Part shown: one piece after another, positions 22,881-35,395 of the stretch
Layout of the letters: each line of letters begins with the position of its first letter
Position numbering within the stretch: position 1 is the stretch's first letter
NCBI GenBank assembly: GCA_964036045.1
Contig: OZ038378.1
Coordinates: 56,296,001-56,360,000, forward strand
Origin: Eutreptiella sp. 'Long Island Sound 2002'
Taxonomy: Eukaryota; Protista; Euglenida
Direction of reading: 5' to 3'
DNA length: 64,000 bases
Notes under the pieces: model-generated
The model's database searches: none
Told to the model about the DNA's origin: nothing
The model's input: the letters and a program-made list of their open reading frames with translations, nothing else
Program-made: the position numbers and the translations under genes

Positions 22881-23364
22881 GTTGTTGTTATTGTTGTTGT
22901 TGGGGACGGTATACACGCAGGCCCCGTAGCCCTCTTACCCGGAGGCGCATCATTCCGTTCTGGTAGGACGTCTTGCCGATGGACCTGCGTATGTGGACTG
23001 CGTGTGGCAGAATGCAAAAAAAAATTTGGTAAAAAACAAAAAAAAAAAAACTTTCGTGAAATTGTACCGGCCCTACCCTGCCCTATGATGGATTCATGCA
23101 GGGCAACAACAACACAACAACAACTGCTGATTGCGCATCGCCGGTACTGGTTGCCGCTGTGTGCTGATTGTTTGTGAGGCCACTGATTGCAGTGGCCCTC
23201 GACAGACTCATATATGCCGCTGCCTGCAGCAGCAATGCTGTCGCCGGACTTACCATTTGCCCTTGGCCTTCCCTTTACCTAATGCGTTATGATGTGGCTG
23301 CCATTGGCCTTTTCCCGTCCACTTCGCCTGGTGGTACGTGCGCTGCTGAGACCCTGTGAGACAA

Positions 23365-23862
23365 TTACAGGGCCGGTAGGGATTTTGCATAGGTGGCTGC
23401 GGGTAAGGTCGAGTTTGGGTCATGCACCAGGAGATATGCCACAAACCCTTGTTGCTGGATTCGGGCGTATTGCAGCCCCACATAGGTGTCATCGATACTG
23501 GTGGTTATCAACACCCACAGTACCGGCATGCGCCCTCCCCTGTATGTTGCCATCACTGCTTGCACCTGCGCCCCTTTCCCTATTGCTTGAAAGACTCCTA
23601 TTCTGTGCACCCTTGGCAGCCATTCATTTACTCGTGCCCGGCCCTGTGTCTGGACCTGTATGGATGGTGGTGGGTGCTCCGTTTGAGCTCCCACCAGCAC
23701 TGCCCTGACCCTCCATAGCCAGTGCAGAGGCACTGGTATGTGCTGGACACCTACAAAGAACCCCTGGTGTTGTGGCTGTCTTATGATGGTGTATGGGGAC
23801 ACCAGCGGTGTGAACTGTATGTCCGCTGGGATGACCCCTGTTGCCTGCTGTTGATATGCCAC
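23365..23862 (-). CDS. 165-aa ORF of unknown function, probably TE-derived
   Basis: Open frame with globular-looking composition; no motif recognised. Confidence 0.25.
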   Translation of the reverse strand: MAYQQQATGVIPADIQFTPLVSPYTIIRQPQHQGFFVGVQHIPVPLHWLWRVRAVLVGAQTEHPPPSIQVQTQGRARVNEWLPRVHRIGVFQAIGKGAQVQAVMATYRGGRMPVLWVLITTSIDDTYVGLQYARIQQQGFVAYLLVHDPNSTLPAATYAKSLPAL

Positions 23863-24234
23863 GTGCAGGTCTTCAAGCAGGGGGGGCCATTTACCCGTTT
23901 AAGCATTACTTATAGCAATAAGCACTATTTATTAAGTTATTTGTTTACGCAGCGCATGTTCTTACCCCGCAGACATGCCCCGTCCAGTGGTGCGCGCACC
24001 TTTGGGGCTGCCTTTGGGGGGTCCGGGGCTTTTACCCGGACCTCCGGCCCTCTCTGCTGTTGGCCGGAGGCGTACATTATACAATACTGAGGTTCTTTCA
24101 TTGACGTACTTACATTACTTGATACATACACATCGAAGTCACAACAGCTCCTGGGGGGGATGGCGCCCCCCCTGCTTCCAAAGACGGGTAAAGTGGTAAC
24201 GCCTTCGTTGGCGTTACCCACGGGACGGTCTCGG

Positions 24235-24437
24235 GGGGCCTCCTCCTCCGCCGGTTCTTGGGTGCGGTCGCCCACCAATTGCAAACCAGGGGCCTCCTCC
24301 TCCGCCGGTTCTTGGGTGCGGTCGCCCACCACTTGTAAATCAGGGGCCTCCTCCTCCGCCGGTTCTTGGGTGCGGTCGCCCACCAATTGCAAACCAGGGG
24401 CCTCCTCCTCCGCCGGTTCTAGGGTGCGGTCGCCCAC
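24235..24437. repeat. 54-bp tandem repeat, about 3.7 copies
   Basis: Unit ggggcctcctcctccgccggttcttgggtgcggtcgcccaccaattgcaaacca; encodes VGDRTQEPAEEEAPGLQL on the minus strand. Confidence 0.95.
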
Positions 24438-25357
24438 AATTCTCAAGTTCCTAGGGGAGCGAGAAAGGGGGAGATGAATGGAGAGACCCATTAACCTAGG
24501 GGTGAGCGGGAGGGAGGGAGGGACCCGTGTTCCTAGGGAGACATGAGAGGGAGACACGTGTTGTGCATTTGCTTACCGTTTGTTGTATGTACGTGAGTGG
24601 TTTGTGAAATCTCTTGTTTGTGTGAGCGTGCTCCACCACGTGCTCCACGGCCGCCACCGCGAGGCCCACACTCTGTGACGCCCTCCGGGCGAGTGTGCAC
24701 CTCCGGGCCCTGCCATTGGATGTGCGGGCACAAGTGTGCCGTGTGTTTGTAAGTGTGCCTTTGTCTCTGCATGTTGTATACCCCTGTGTTACTTCCCTTG
24801 TTCTCCACCCTGCCTCTACTTGCCTCAGAGATTTCACCCCACATTTTTCCAGTAGTGCACGCGTATGGTGTTGTGACCCAGTACAAGCGACCACGGGGTC
24901 AAGAGGCTCTAACCTACACCCAAGACCGACGGGGCCCGTTGTCAAAGTTGTCCCGCATTGCATCGCAGGGCAGGACCGGTAGCCCCCCTTGACAACGAAC
25001 CCCTCCAAGCAGGGGGGTGTGATTGAGTAGACCCGTGTACCTACAAAAAACTTTTGTGTAAAATGGAATTACGTTTGCGGGGTGAATCTCTAGGCTAGGG
25101 TGGGGTGTGGGGCTGAAATCTGCCCTTTCTGGTTGGGCTGAAAATGGCCCTGTTTTATGTCACCCCCTTTTTTTTTTATTTTTGTTTCCTGTTTCTGTAC
25201 TCAACTTCTGGTTTGTGTCTAGTTGAAACATGTTCATTTTGTATTCCCTTTGTGTTTGTTGTGTACTTTATTTTTTTCAACAAACCTGTTTCCACCGTAG
25301 GTCCATCGGCTTATCGATTGTCCACCTGTGCAGCGAAGCGGAATGCCCCTCTAGGCA

Positions 25358-25358
25358 G

Positions 25359-25391
<33 letters not shown>

Positions 25392-25695
25392 CACATACAC
25401 GCGCGCGCACACACACACACACCCATACACACCCATACACACCCATACACACAAACACACGCACACACACACACATACACGCACAAACACACACACACAC
25501 ACATACACGCGCGCGCGCTCACACACAGACACACGGATACACACACACACACAGACACACACACACATACACACACACACGCACACACGTATACCAAGGC
25601 TTCCATTCGAATCCTGCTCAAATTGCGAGGTTCAACACGCACACACGTATACACGCGCGCGCACACACACACACAAACACACACACATACACACA
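25358..25695. repeat. Degenerate (CA)n / CA-rich tract
   Basis: Direct observation. Confidence 0.95.
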
Positions 25696-26160
25696 CAATT
25701 TGCGATGCACAGCACAAATGATTGTTGGCTGAGCGAAAAATCCTCGTCAGTTGGTCATTAGACAAGACAATCAGAGCATGTCCGACGCCAATAGGCGCCT
25801 TTCTGCAGGTGCATGAAGAAGGAGATGTTCGGCTGCAGCCCGCCTCAGCGTCAGCCGTGGAAACGGGACATGCTGCACTGCCTTGCCCAGCAGTGCCAGC
25901 TGTCTTGGGGTTAGATAGGCCCTGCCCTGTCCAGCCAAGCCTAGCTCAGCCCAGCCCGGGCCCGCTCGCTCGGTTCTCACGAGCCCAGCCCAGCCCAACC
26001 CAGCTCAGCCCAGCCCAAGCCCGCCGCTGCATCTCTTCGCTTGCACCCGGTTTAGCCCCCCGAGGAGTGTGGTTCACGGAGTTTTTGACCTGCCGATTAA
26101 GTTTCACTTACAGACACACACAACTGGCTGCAGTGCACCGTAACCGGTGCACTACACACA
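25690..26160. repeat. ~450-bp direct repeat, copy 1 (pseudo-LTR-like)
   Basis: Highly similar to 29643-30085; ends in the hairpin AGTGCACCG-taac-CGGTGCACT (26132-26153) followed by (CA)n. Confidence 0.95.
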
Positions 26161-29100
26161 CACATTAAGCAGCTGTTGGCAGGGGCATGTAAGGTCACTG
26201 CAGCTTGCTTCACGCAGGCCTTGAATGCATGCCATGTCATCATTCCACGCTCCATTGATACCATCTATGCTGAGGTCCGGGGGCAGCACCCATGATGGGT
26301 ATCTCTTGCCCTCCTGGACGGCATGTTTGTGGAGCCACATGTGCACCTTGGACAGTACGACACACCGCTTTGCAGGCATATGATGCACCACACAATGCAC
26401 ACATTTTACCATGGCTTGCACTGTGTGTGGGCTGGTTCTGACAACCCTCATCACTTTCTTGATGGCTTGTTTTTCCCATGCTTTGAGTGTTGTGGATCTC
26501 AGGATAAACCGCATGACTCTGAGGATGGCAGATTTTTGAGGCGGCGTGACATTAGGCACCTGGACAATCGCACCATGAACTAGAGGGATATTGAGTTCCG
26601 CAACCAGTTCCGTGAGTTCCGCGCGCATGGCTTTTGCACGTGCGTGGTCTGCATCGTGTTGAGCCTGTTTCATCTCTTTGATAAGTTGTAGTACCTTCTG
26701 ATTTAGCCAGTTGTTTGGCCGCTCCGTGCCCTGTTGGGGGATTCCTCGAGGTACATCGTTTACCGCCCATCTTTTCAGCACAAACCACCAGTGTCTCTCT
26801 CAAATTCTTGTCCACTACCTATCCTGCACGTATTCCAGCACTGCTATTCCCCAAGCTGCAGAGTTAGCGTGCTGCATGTGCGTGTGAAGCGAGGAGATGT
26901 CCACTGCCGCAGCAACGTCTGCCATATGCTTCCACAACCGTTGAATGGGAGCCATGTGTGTCTACCCTACATACAATATTCCTAGGGTGATATGATACAC
27001 AACATATATAACAAATCCTGTCACACTGACCCTCCAGTGGTGAACAAAAGAGAGATGACGTAACTCTTGTAGTGCCTTGTGAGTGGCATACGGCAGGTAG
27101 GTGTTCCGCTGTTGCATGAGTGTAGCCCACTTGCCCAAGTTTTTACTCTCCAATGCTATGGACATCTGTAGCGTTAGCGCACTGCGAATGCTCATAGCCC
27201 GCGTGATCTGGAGCAGCTAGAAGTGGCTTCACCCGTATTCCTGGAATAACAAATGCAGCCGCAAACATTGCAACGCGTCCAGGTGAGTATACACAGTACT
27301 GTTAGCGAACACGGACCAACTTTTACCTGCATGCCCCAAGTATCTCCATGTTGTCATCTCACGGTGTTAGAGAAAATGATTTTGGTCTGACTCCTGAAAC
27401 CAAAACCAGTGGTGAATCAGGGTGGTCGGCAAGTTCAAGGTGTCGTGGTGTGTCTCCTGCCTTGCAGCCCGAGCATCTATCCATTGGGTAACCATGTGTG
27501 GACTGGTGTTGGGGTTGCTGTGAATATATGTATCACATAGGGGATGATGGTTGGCAGTGACCAAACCTGCTAGGCTGTACCCAGGGCAAGTGCGTGCAAT
27601 AGTGTGAAGAACCCTCCGCTGAATGTGTAATGGTATTGCTGAAAAGGCGGGGGAGCGCACCTCTTCTTGCCGAAACGTGAAAGTGCCTAAAGGTAAGTTG
27701 CCTGTGTTTTGAGATAGCATATCTTCGTCACGTTGGGTGGAAACACTTGTCAGTCGCTCAAGGCGGTGCTGTAGGTTGGTCAAGCTGTCATTTGAGTGAC
27801 CATAGTGCACGGGGGAATACGTGTAATCACGAATCAAGTTGGCTGGGTGAACTGACTGTCCTAACACGTGGGAGGCTAAGCCTAATTTCTCCTGTACAAA
27901 TCTGACAGACAGCAACGTATCCAGGGTTTGGTCCTGCATAACATGAGTGTGATCATTTGGCACTGGTGGGGAGGGGGCAGCAGAACGGCGGAACAGCATC
28001 GCCCCCCCGGGTGGATCTAAGATCCCTCCGGAGGTGCTGTTAAAAAAACCTCGTGGGGGGATCTGGCTTCCGTGCAAAACTGCAGATAGGCCCTCGTGCC
28101 AGGCCTCCGTAACACGCTGTCGTTTGAGCCGTCGAATGGTAGTACACATTTCTGCTCCGCAATGTTCTTGGCCCCAGCCCTCAAGTCGCTCCATCCGGGC
28201 ACCATTCCAGTCATCCAGAATAAGCTTTATGGCGTGCTCGCTCCACTGGCTGTGCTCCGTTGGTGGAAGCTCTTTCCAGAATTCCAAGGATCTGGGAGTT
28301 GCGGATTTCGAGCGGGTGGCTCGGCTCCGGTGCGTGCTTTCAGTCTCTGCAAATGCATCTGCACCTGGCGTCTTGGAGGACGGTGGAGTCTTTGGTGGAA
28401 CACTGTGAGTTGGTGGTTGCGGTGAGGTCGGCGTTGGTGGTGTGCTCGCTCGAGAGGACGCTCCATGGCGTCGCTTGGCGGCCTATCCCGGTGAGCCACA
28501 GTCGTCTTCATCGTCCGGTTCGTCTCCCTGGCCAGCTCGTTTGCCCGCATAGCCGCCCCTGCCCATGTGGGCATCTCCCCTGTCCGCAATTTTCTGTGAG
28601 ATCTCCGTTTGCTATATCTCAGCTATGTATTTGTCGAACTCCGTTCGTGGCAGGCCCCCGTGGCAAGTTGCTTGACGGTACTGAATTCCTTTTCTAGCCA
28701 CATGTCAAATGCCGACACCCGCAGTACTCCATGCAACTTCTCTTCGATAGTGGGCTTCCATGTGTTCATGTTACTGATGTCACATTGCAGGGACGTTACA
28801 GATTTTTCGACCTCCTTAGCGGTATGGAGTGCTGGAGTAACAACTTCTGGTTGCCATTTAATGAGTGACACCAATTGTCCATCCATCCCGTCAACTGTTC
28901 CGCGCAATTCCTCGACATTCCCCAGAGATTTCTTAATCGATGCGATTTCGTTCTTCATATCTCTGATGTCCCCCGTGTGCTCTTGAGTCAAAGCCGTACC
29001 TCGCTTCATGCATTTTGAGCTTGTGTGACCCATGAATCCACGGTAGCAGCAGAAGTTTGACATGCGTGCCACGTCAGCCTAGGTTGCTGGAAATAGTACT

Positions 29101-29570
29101 TGTGGTGATGTGGACTTGCATTCCGACGTAGCTTGCTCACCATGGCCACATCTCAAACACCACAGCTCTCGTTTTCGCGGGGCATCTCTGTTGAAATAGG
29201 TCACCCCCGCCCCCGTTGGTCCATTTCTCCTGTTGCGTGGAGTGCGTACAGCTGGATCATACTTCGAGCAGGCCCAGAGCCAATGCCGTTCATCGCCGCA
29301 GAGCATGCACTGCCCTACATCACGGCGCGCCTTTCCCAAGGGGGCATTCATGAGACCAGTGGAGTTCCCCACAGCTCCACCATGCCTCAGGGGGCGGATT
29401 GGATGATGGCCCAGAAGAACTGCCAGAATTGGACCCCCTCGCTAGGCATTGTGCCGCCGTGTGCCCTGCTTTATGGCAGGACATGCAAATGATGATCTTT
29501 TCCGCAGTGGCTGCACTTGGCGGTGCTGGTGCAGCAGATGAGCTCGATGATCCCGTGCTTGTCATAGTAT
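26160..29570 (-). mobile_element. Decayed Penelope-like element 5' part: CCHC knuckles, coiled coil, unknown domain, GIY-YIG, linker, CxC; RT missing
   Basis: ORFs 27367-28287, 26962-27195 and 26152-26781 share one frame, and 29079-29372, 28623-29072 and 28227-28589 share another. FVIYVVYHITLGILYVG*T...RLWKH is GIY-YIG; TCPC is the CxC; CMSCHKAGHTAAQC and CMLCGDERHWLWAC are perfect CX2CX4HX4C. Confidence 0.75.
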
Positions 29571-29642
29571 GTCCGTGAGGTCAAAGTTCAGTGTAACCAC
29601 GTCAATTGCTCAACACTTAGCTCGATTGGCAAGAGCAGTTCA

Positions 29643-30081
29643 CACACAATTTGCGATGCACAGCACAAATGATTGTTGGCTGAGTGAAAAATCCTCGTCA
29701 GTTGGTCATTAGACAAGACAATCAGAGCATGTCCGACGCCAATAGGCGCCTTTCTGCAGGTGCATGAAGAAGGAGATGTTCGGCTGCAGCCGGCCTCAGC
29801 GTCAGCCGTGGAAACGGAACATGCTGCACTGCCTTGCCCAGCAGTGCCAGCTGTCTTGGGGTTAGATAGGCCCTGCCCTGTCCAGCCCAGCCCAGCTCAG
29901 CCCAGGCCCGCTCGCTCGGTTCTGACCAGCCCAGTCCAGCCCAGCTCAGGCCCGCCGCTGCATCTCTTCTCATGCACCCACTTTAGCCCCCGGAGGAGTG
30001 TGGTTCACTGACTTTTGACCTGTCAATTAAATTTCACTCACAGGCACATGGAACGGGCTGCAGTGCACCGGAACCGGTGCA

Positions 30082-30085
<4 letters not shown>
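29643..30085. repeat. ~450-bp direct repeat, copy 2
   Basis: Matches 25690-26160; hairpin at 30062-30083, then (CA)n to ~30190. Confidence 0.95.
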
Positions 30086-30149
<64 letters not shown>

Positions 30150-30649
30150 GCACGCACGCACGCACGCAAACACGCACAACACACACACTTGTGCAGGAAC
30201 CAACAAGAAAACCACTGACCGCGAGCGCAGTGGAGAACGATGTTAGCACCAGGAACACCTCGTGAGGCCAGTGAGCATCAAAACAAGAACAAAGCAGAGA
30301 GCATTGTGAATGTCATGATGTCAAGGCTAGGCGCCTTTCTGAAGTGAAGTGATAGAGGAGACAGTCGTGATATCATCCTGGCATAGTGCTGGAGTCATGT
30401 ACGACAACTACTCTAGGCACCCACTGACCATGGGGAGGGGAAACAATCGCATGTTCGCACTACGCAGCAGTCCTTTCATGCCCACGAGATATCCCTGTCG
30501 GTATCGTTTGCATTTGCGCGGGAGAGAGGCGGGGAGAAGGAGTAGGCCTGTATTACCCAAACCCATCGGTGTTGACGCCAGAAGCCGGTGGCTGGTAGTG
30601 CCTGGCCCCTCGCCTGCAAGAGACAAGAAAAAGGAAAAACAGGCAGGGA

Positions 30650-32956
30650 GGACCAGAAGAAACATGGAGCCGGGTGTAACCACCCGCTCACACACACACA
30701 ATGACTGAACTGGGATGGCTGCTCGGAGCGGGGGGGGGACAGGGGGGTGGCAGGGGGGACAGAGGGGACAGAGGGGTGGGAGGGAGCTGGGCGGCGACAG
30801 TCGTCGGAACATTGGTGACCCGGGGGGGATATTGACTGGCGGTGATAATCCAGCGCATGCCAATCTCCGTTCCAGGCGCCCGAGATTCCCGACACGCGCA
30901 AATGAGGTGGCAGAGCCCAGCTGCTGTATTGGTCCCCCACCCATATTGCCCGGTGGCGGATCCATTGGAGACAGAGGTGCAGGATGCAGCAGCGGCGTCT
31001 TGGGAGGTGGGGTAGGAGGTGGTACATGAAGTGGACGGTCTGTGAAAAATCGTGTTGGCTTGCGGACAACCCCCTGGCGATCGCTGAGTGCGCTGCTCTG
31101 CGTATCAGCGTCAGCGGCCATCCGGACAGGGCCGCCACCTGGAGCCAAGCCACCACGGACAATAACTCCCCCGCCCACGTCACGCACCATCGTTTGCTAT
31201 TACTGAGGACGCCGGTTAAAAGGCACGGGAGGTAAGAGGGGTGGGCCAGGGCAGGGGATAGAAGAGGGGGGCCGAGTTTCAGGAACCACGATGAATCTAC
31301 GGCGCTAGGGTGGGTGTAACAGGACCCCTGTCCATCGAGGCCACGGACAAGGCAATAACCGAGGGCCTAGGTGGAGTGGTGGTGGCACCGAAAAAGACAA
31401 GCATCTGAGTGTTCCGTGGCACAGTCACAGAGAACACGCATTCCCCAGCATTGGCGTAAAATATTGCAGATTGTCTGAGTCAGTTGCACCTGGGGGGAGT
31501 CAGGGTAACTGGAGGCTACGAGGATGTTGTCTCTGAATTGCTGCATCGAGACTCGCCCGTGGCTGTTCTCCCAGTACGGAAAACCCGAGTCGGTGACGCG
31601 GAGAGTACCCAGGCGGCGAAAAAGGCCCCTGTGGATGTAAACGGACCATAGGCTGTGGAGGTCTGCAGCCTGTGCCGAAAAAGAACCCCCCATCGGTATA
31701 CAGCCATGCCTGCACCAGAGATTTCCTGCGCTGAGAATGAAATTGTTGTATTTCATCTCCCACGTCACAGTGTCCTCTAAGGAGCCCTGGGTAAGATACC
31801 AAAACTTGGCTGAATTCCCCCTCCCCGCTCTGTCAAGTTTTTTACTCTCTTTATGTACCGACCACACAACCTCCGACATGCGCCAGCGCTTCTTTTTTAC
31901 GAGCCACTCGCAGGCAGAGGTGAGATGTGAGATGACGTCTTCGGGTTTGATGTTGTTGAATTGGTCTTTGCAGTCCACTTCACTAATGTACCGGCAACCC
32001 AGGGAATCAAGATCATGGAACCATGATGTAACATCGTTGATGCTGTGGGCCAGTAGGGGGCAGGGAAGTTCATCACTTAAACACCGCAGGAAAGTGGTCT
32101 TGGCTCTAGCGGCAACCTTGAGATTTCGTTTGGGGAGGAAGGGGTGGGGCAGGGCGGTGATTCCGCGCCAGAGCCAGGTACCTTTGGTGAGGCTTTTGGC
32201 TTTCCCTATAAGGTACAGTATGGCCAATTGGCCCGCCTCGTTCATTTCCCAGCCGCGGCGCATGATGTCGCTGCGAATGGCGGACAAACTCGAGGAAGGG
32301 TCTCCGGGGGCAGGTGTGTAGCCTTCATCGGCAAGAAACTTTTGTAAGACCCCCCACACCCAGTGGCGGCAGAATCCCCACATGACCCCAACCCCCTTGT
32401 CCACAATTCGGACATAGAAATGTTTTGTGACTTGGTCTGCGAGATGCACAACTGACCGGAGGCGAGCTCCGGACTCGGGCCAAAGGGCAGGAGGCAAGTA
32501 TGTGAGGGGAGGAGGGAGGGTAGCACCAATCTGTTGAGCCATAGTGGTTAAGTCCTGAAGGAGTTGTTGGCCGACTTTCTGACCGTTGAGGGGGAGGGGG
32601 TCATTGGGGCGAGCTGTGGAGCCGTCGTGGTAGGGGATGGCGATGGGGCAAAGGGCAATATGACCATCGATGATTGTGCGCGTGCCTGGTATGTTAGATG
32701 CCTTGTGGCAGGAGCAAGGCGGCTGAGCCTGCAGCTTATCGTATTGTCGCGCCTTTCTCTCAAAAACTCTTCGGACCGTTTGCGGTGTGCTTCTGGTGAT
32801 GCGGATTGCTTTGTTTAACGCTTGTTTTTCCCACGCTGCACCGACAACAGACCCTACTAGCTTCCTACAGACACGGTGGATGGCTGTTTTCTGGTTGGGA
32901 GTCAGGTTGGGAACCACGACCGTACCAACTACGTACAAGGGAACACTGAGTTTGCG
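30650..32956 (-). mobile_element. Penelope-like element 3' part: linker, CxC, RT and thumb
   Basis: ORF 31367-33046 has PPCSCH, VRIVDKG, EVDCKDQFNNI, GCIPMGGSFSAQAADL and QQFRDNILV (PLE-type RT motifs). A frameshifted continuation (LKLGP...LTGVLSNSKRW...AWLQVAALSGW) runs to ~30650. Confidence 0.88.
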
Positions 32957-33479
32957 CTCTTCACCACTGCCACAAGAACCGGGAAGGTCCCCCTCAAGGT
33001 CCCCTCCAGTCCAGTTCGGATCGCCTAAATCTAAGGGCGTTTCCAAGGGGCGTGCCCGGGGGCTCTTCGGGGGGGAACATAAACCCCCCCCCCTTTGAAA
33101 CCCGGCGCTTGCTTTTATATTTGCTAGCTTTTATTTTTACCATCCATGCTTTTGCTATGTTCTGAAGATGCTTAGCTTGGATGCTTCTCTTGCAACTGTT
33201 GCTGAGGCTCGAGAACATGATGACTGCCTTGTTGATGATGCCTGGGCTGCAGAAACTGATCCAGGGGAATCAGATGAAGGTGAGGATGAGAACCCTTATA
33301 CTTCCGAAGATGGTGATTGTGGTGATGCTGATGCTGCTGCTGAGATTGATGATGTTGCTCCTTTTGCAGCAAATCCCCCTAATGTTAATGCGGATGTTCC
33401 TGATGTTTGTGATGTTGCTGATCGTGTTGCAGCAGATGCCCCTATTCCTGGCTGCACCTCAGCAGCTATCTATGGCTTC

Positions 33480-34302
33480 TTTTCTGAAGAAAAACTAAAC
33501 CACGAGGTGGTTAAACTGCATGTGTTTGGCAATCAATTTCATGTTCTTGAGTCTTTCATTTGAGGGATGGTGAGGCTGGGATGGTGCTGCGTGCTTTTAC
33601 TGTGACGCAGTTAATAAACGCCGGCTTGCTCGGTTACACGTCCTCCTCCAACACGAGGGTACCAGCCAACTGTCCCCCGAGTCCCACCCCCAATCCCACC
33701 TCGTCCTACGAGCCCTCGCCACTCAAACCGGCGTGGCCCTGGATCAAAAAAACCTGGGCGCCTGGGCCTCTTTGCTTCAGCAGCGCATGGCCCACCTCCC
33801 ATTTGCCTCTCACCCCGCCCACCGTATGGCTCGACGCCTCAGTCACGTCCACACATGGTATGTTGCTGTCACCCTCCCGGGGTCCATTATCTACTGCATT
33901 TTTCACCTGGCTCTGCACCTAATTTACATAGGGGTTACCACGTCCGCCCTAGTTTCTCGATTGAGAAAACATATGACAGATGCGACGAGCCACCAAGACT
34001 GCGCTACCCTCCATCGTCTCATGCTCCAAGTAGATATGGGAGGGTGGGGGATTCTCCCCTTGCAGTACGTTCTTGACCCCTGGTACGCCAGTGTGAGGGA
34101 GAGGCACTGGTGGTTCGTGTTTAAGAAATGGGCTTGTAACGACATACCACCGGGGATCTGCTCCCCAGACAGCCCACAGAGGTCGAGAGGTTGGCTCAAC
34201 CAGAGGGTATTAGCAATCCTGCAGGGTATTAGAGACGCCAAACGAATCAGGGATTTTGCCAGGTTAAAATGGCTTCAACACGATCTGCGGGATTTGGCCA
34301 CC
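33480..34302 (+). mobile_element. Penelope-like element 5' part with GIY-YIG endonuclease, inverted relative to its RT
   Basis: ORF 33733-34443: SIIYCIFHLALHLIYIGVT...RLRKH...RERHWW...WACND. Aligns along its length with the copy at 26700-27400. Confidence 0.85.
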
Positions 34303-34429
34303 CTATCCTCAATACTGGGATCCATGGAGAAAGTGGGCCTGAGAAATGAGGAGGGAAGTATGATGTCCTGTAGCAGGCACCCTCAAAGTGTATCACCATA
34401 TCAATCCACCGAGAAAAAGAGTAGATGCG

Positions 34430-34650
34430 GTGGAAATGGGTAAAAATGTGTGCAAAAAGGTAGAAATGGGTGAAACAGGGTGAACATCCAAAATTGCCAG
34501 ATCCACAATGCATCAAAACCTACTACCAAACAACAATGATGCCCAAAATACCCCAAAGTACGGGTTTCTACTACCGCCACACACCCAAATAGTTGCACTG
34601 CGCGCGCACTGCACGTGCACTGCGCTTAAGGCGCCCCCAAGGAGTGGGGC
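34430..34650 (+). repeat. Dispersed element end (gcatcaaaacc...cccaaatagttgcactgcgc); inverted copy at 38375-38510, direct copy at 52195-52400
   Basis: Shared blocks visible in all three copies. The first two face inward and could be TIR-like ends of a ~4.1-kb element. Confidence 0.75.
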
Positions 34651-35257
34651 ATGGGGTGGGGGGTTGCCATCAATGCTGAGAACAGTGGGGGGGATTCCGA
34701 CTATTGCGCGGTGGGAAATTTCGTGGAGGTTGCTGAAAAAGGTGTGGGAAACTTCGCGGACCATCTCCAGTGCAATGGTGGACCCAAATACTCATTGATC
34801 ATTATGCCAGTTGCCAAAAAGTGTTGAGCCACTCATTATGCAAGGGAGACCTAAGGGTGGGCAGGGCACTGTGTGCCACAATCAACAGAGCGCAAAGGCA
34901 GGATACTGCACCACCTTGCCGAAGGGTGTGCAGGGCACATTGTGCCACAGCGTTCCTTTCATTTACGCATCACCCCCGCCATCACTTGCCTGTCACCAAT
35001 CGATGGACATTCTGTTGATGTGAAGCACGGGGCAGAAAGGGGGAAGAAACGGAGACAGACAGGCACAAAGTTCATGACATGGGCCTCTTTTCCTAAAGAA
35101 AGGCGTACACAGGCTTTTTTTTTCCACAACACCCCCCCCCCGGGGAGTGGGTGGAAAAAGGACCCACAGCCAAAAAACAATCCCCCCCCCCACCCACCCA
35201 TCCCCCCTGCCCACAAGGCGCCGAAGAAAGTTTTGTGGCACGTACAACACGGTATTT

Positions 35258-35395
35258 GGTAAAACTTAGTACCGGATGAGGTAAAACTTAGTAAAATTTG
35301 GTAAAACTTAGTAAAATTTGGTAAAACTTAGTAAAAAAAATTTTAAATTTTTTTTAAAGCAAAATTTTTTTACCAAGTTTTACCTCGGTCCAGTA
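35258..35395. repeat. AT-rich 20-bp tandem (ggtaaaacttagtaaaattt) with an inverted partial copy
   Basis: 3-4 tandem units, then taccaagttttacc in the opposite orientation. Confidence 0.85.

Noticed and set aside
25720-25760. Hammerhead ribozyme in the pseudo-LTR (CTGACGA on the minus strand); also CTGATGA at ~38581
   Set aside because: No correctly placed GAAA or flanking stems could be formed.
26132-26160. Helitron 3' end (hairpin plus CTRR)
   Set aside because: The hairpin abuts CTAC with no spacer, and no Rep/helicase or 5' TC end is evident.
26160-34302. Selenocysteine or stop-codon recoding in the PLE frames (reported for some Naiads)
   Set aside because: In-frame stops are a mix of TGA, TAG and TAA, come with frameshifts, and do not align with conserved Cys; ordinary decay explains them.
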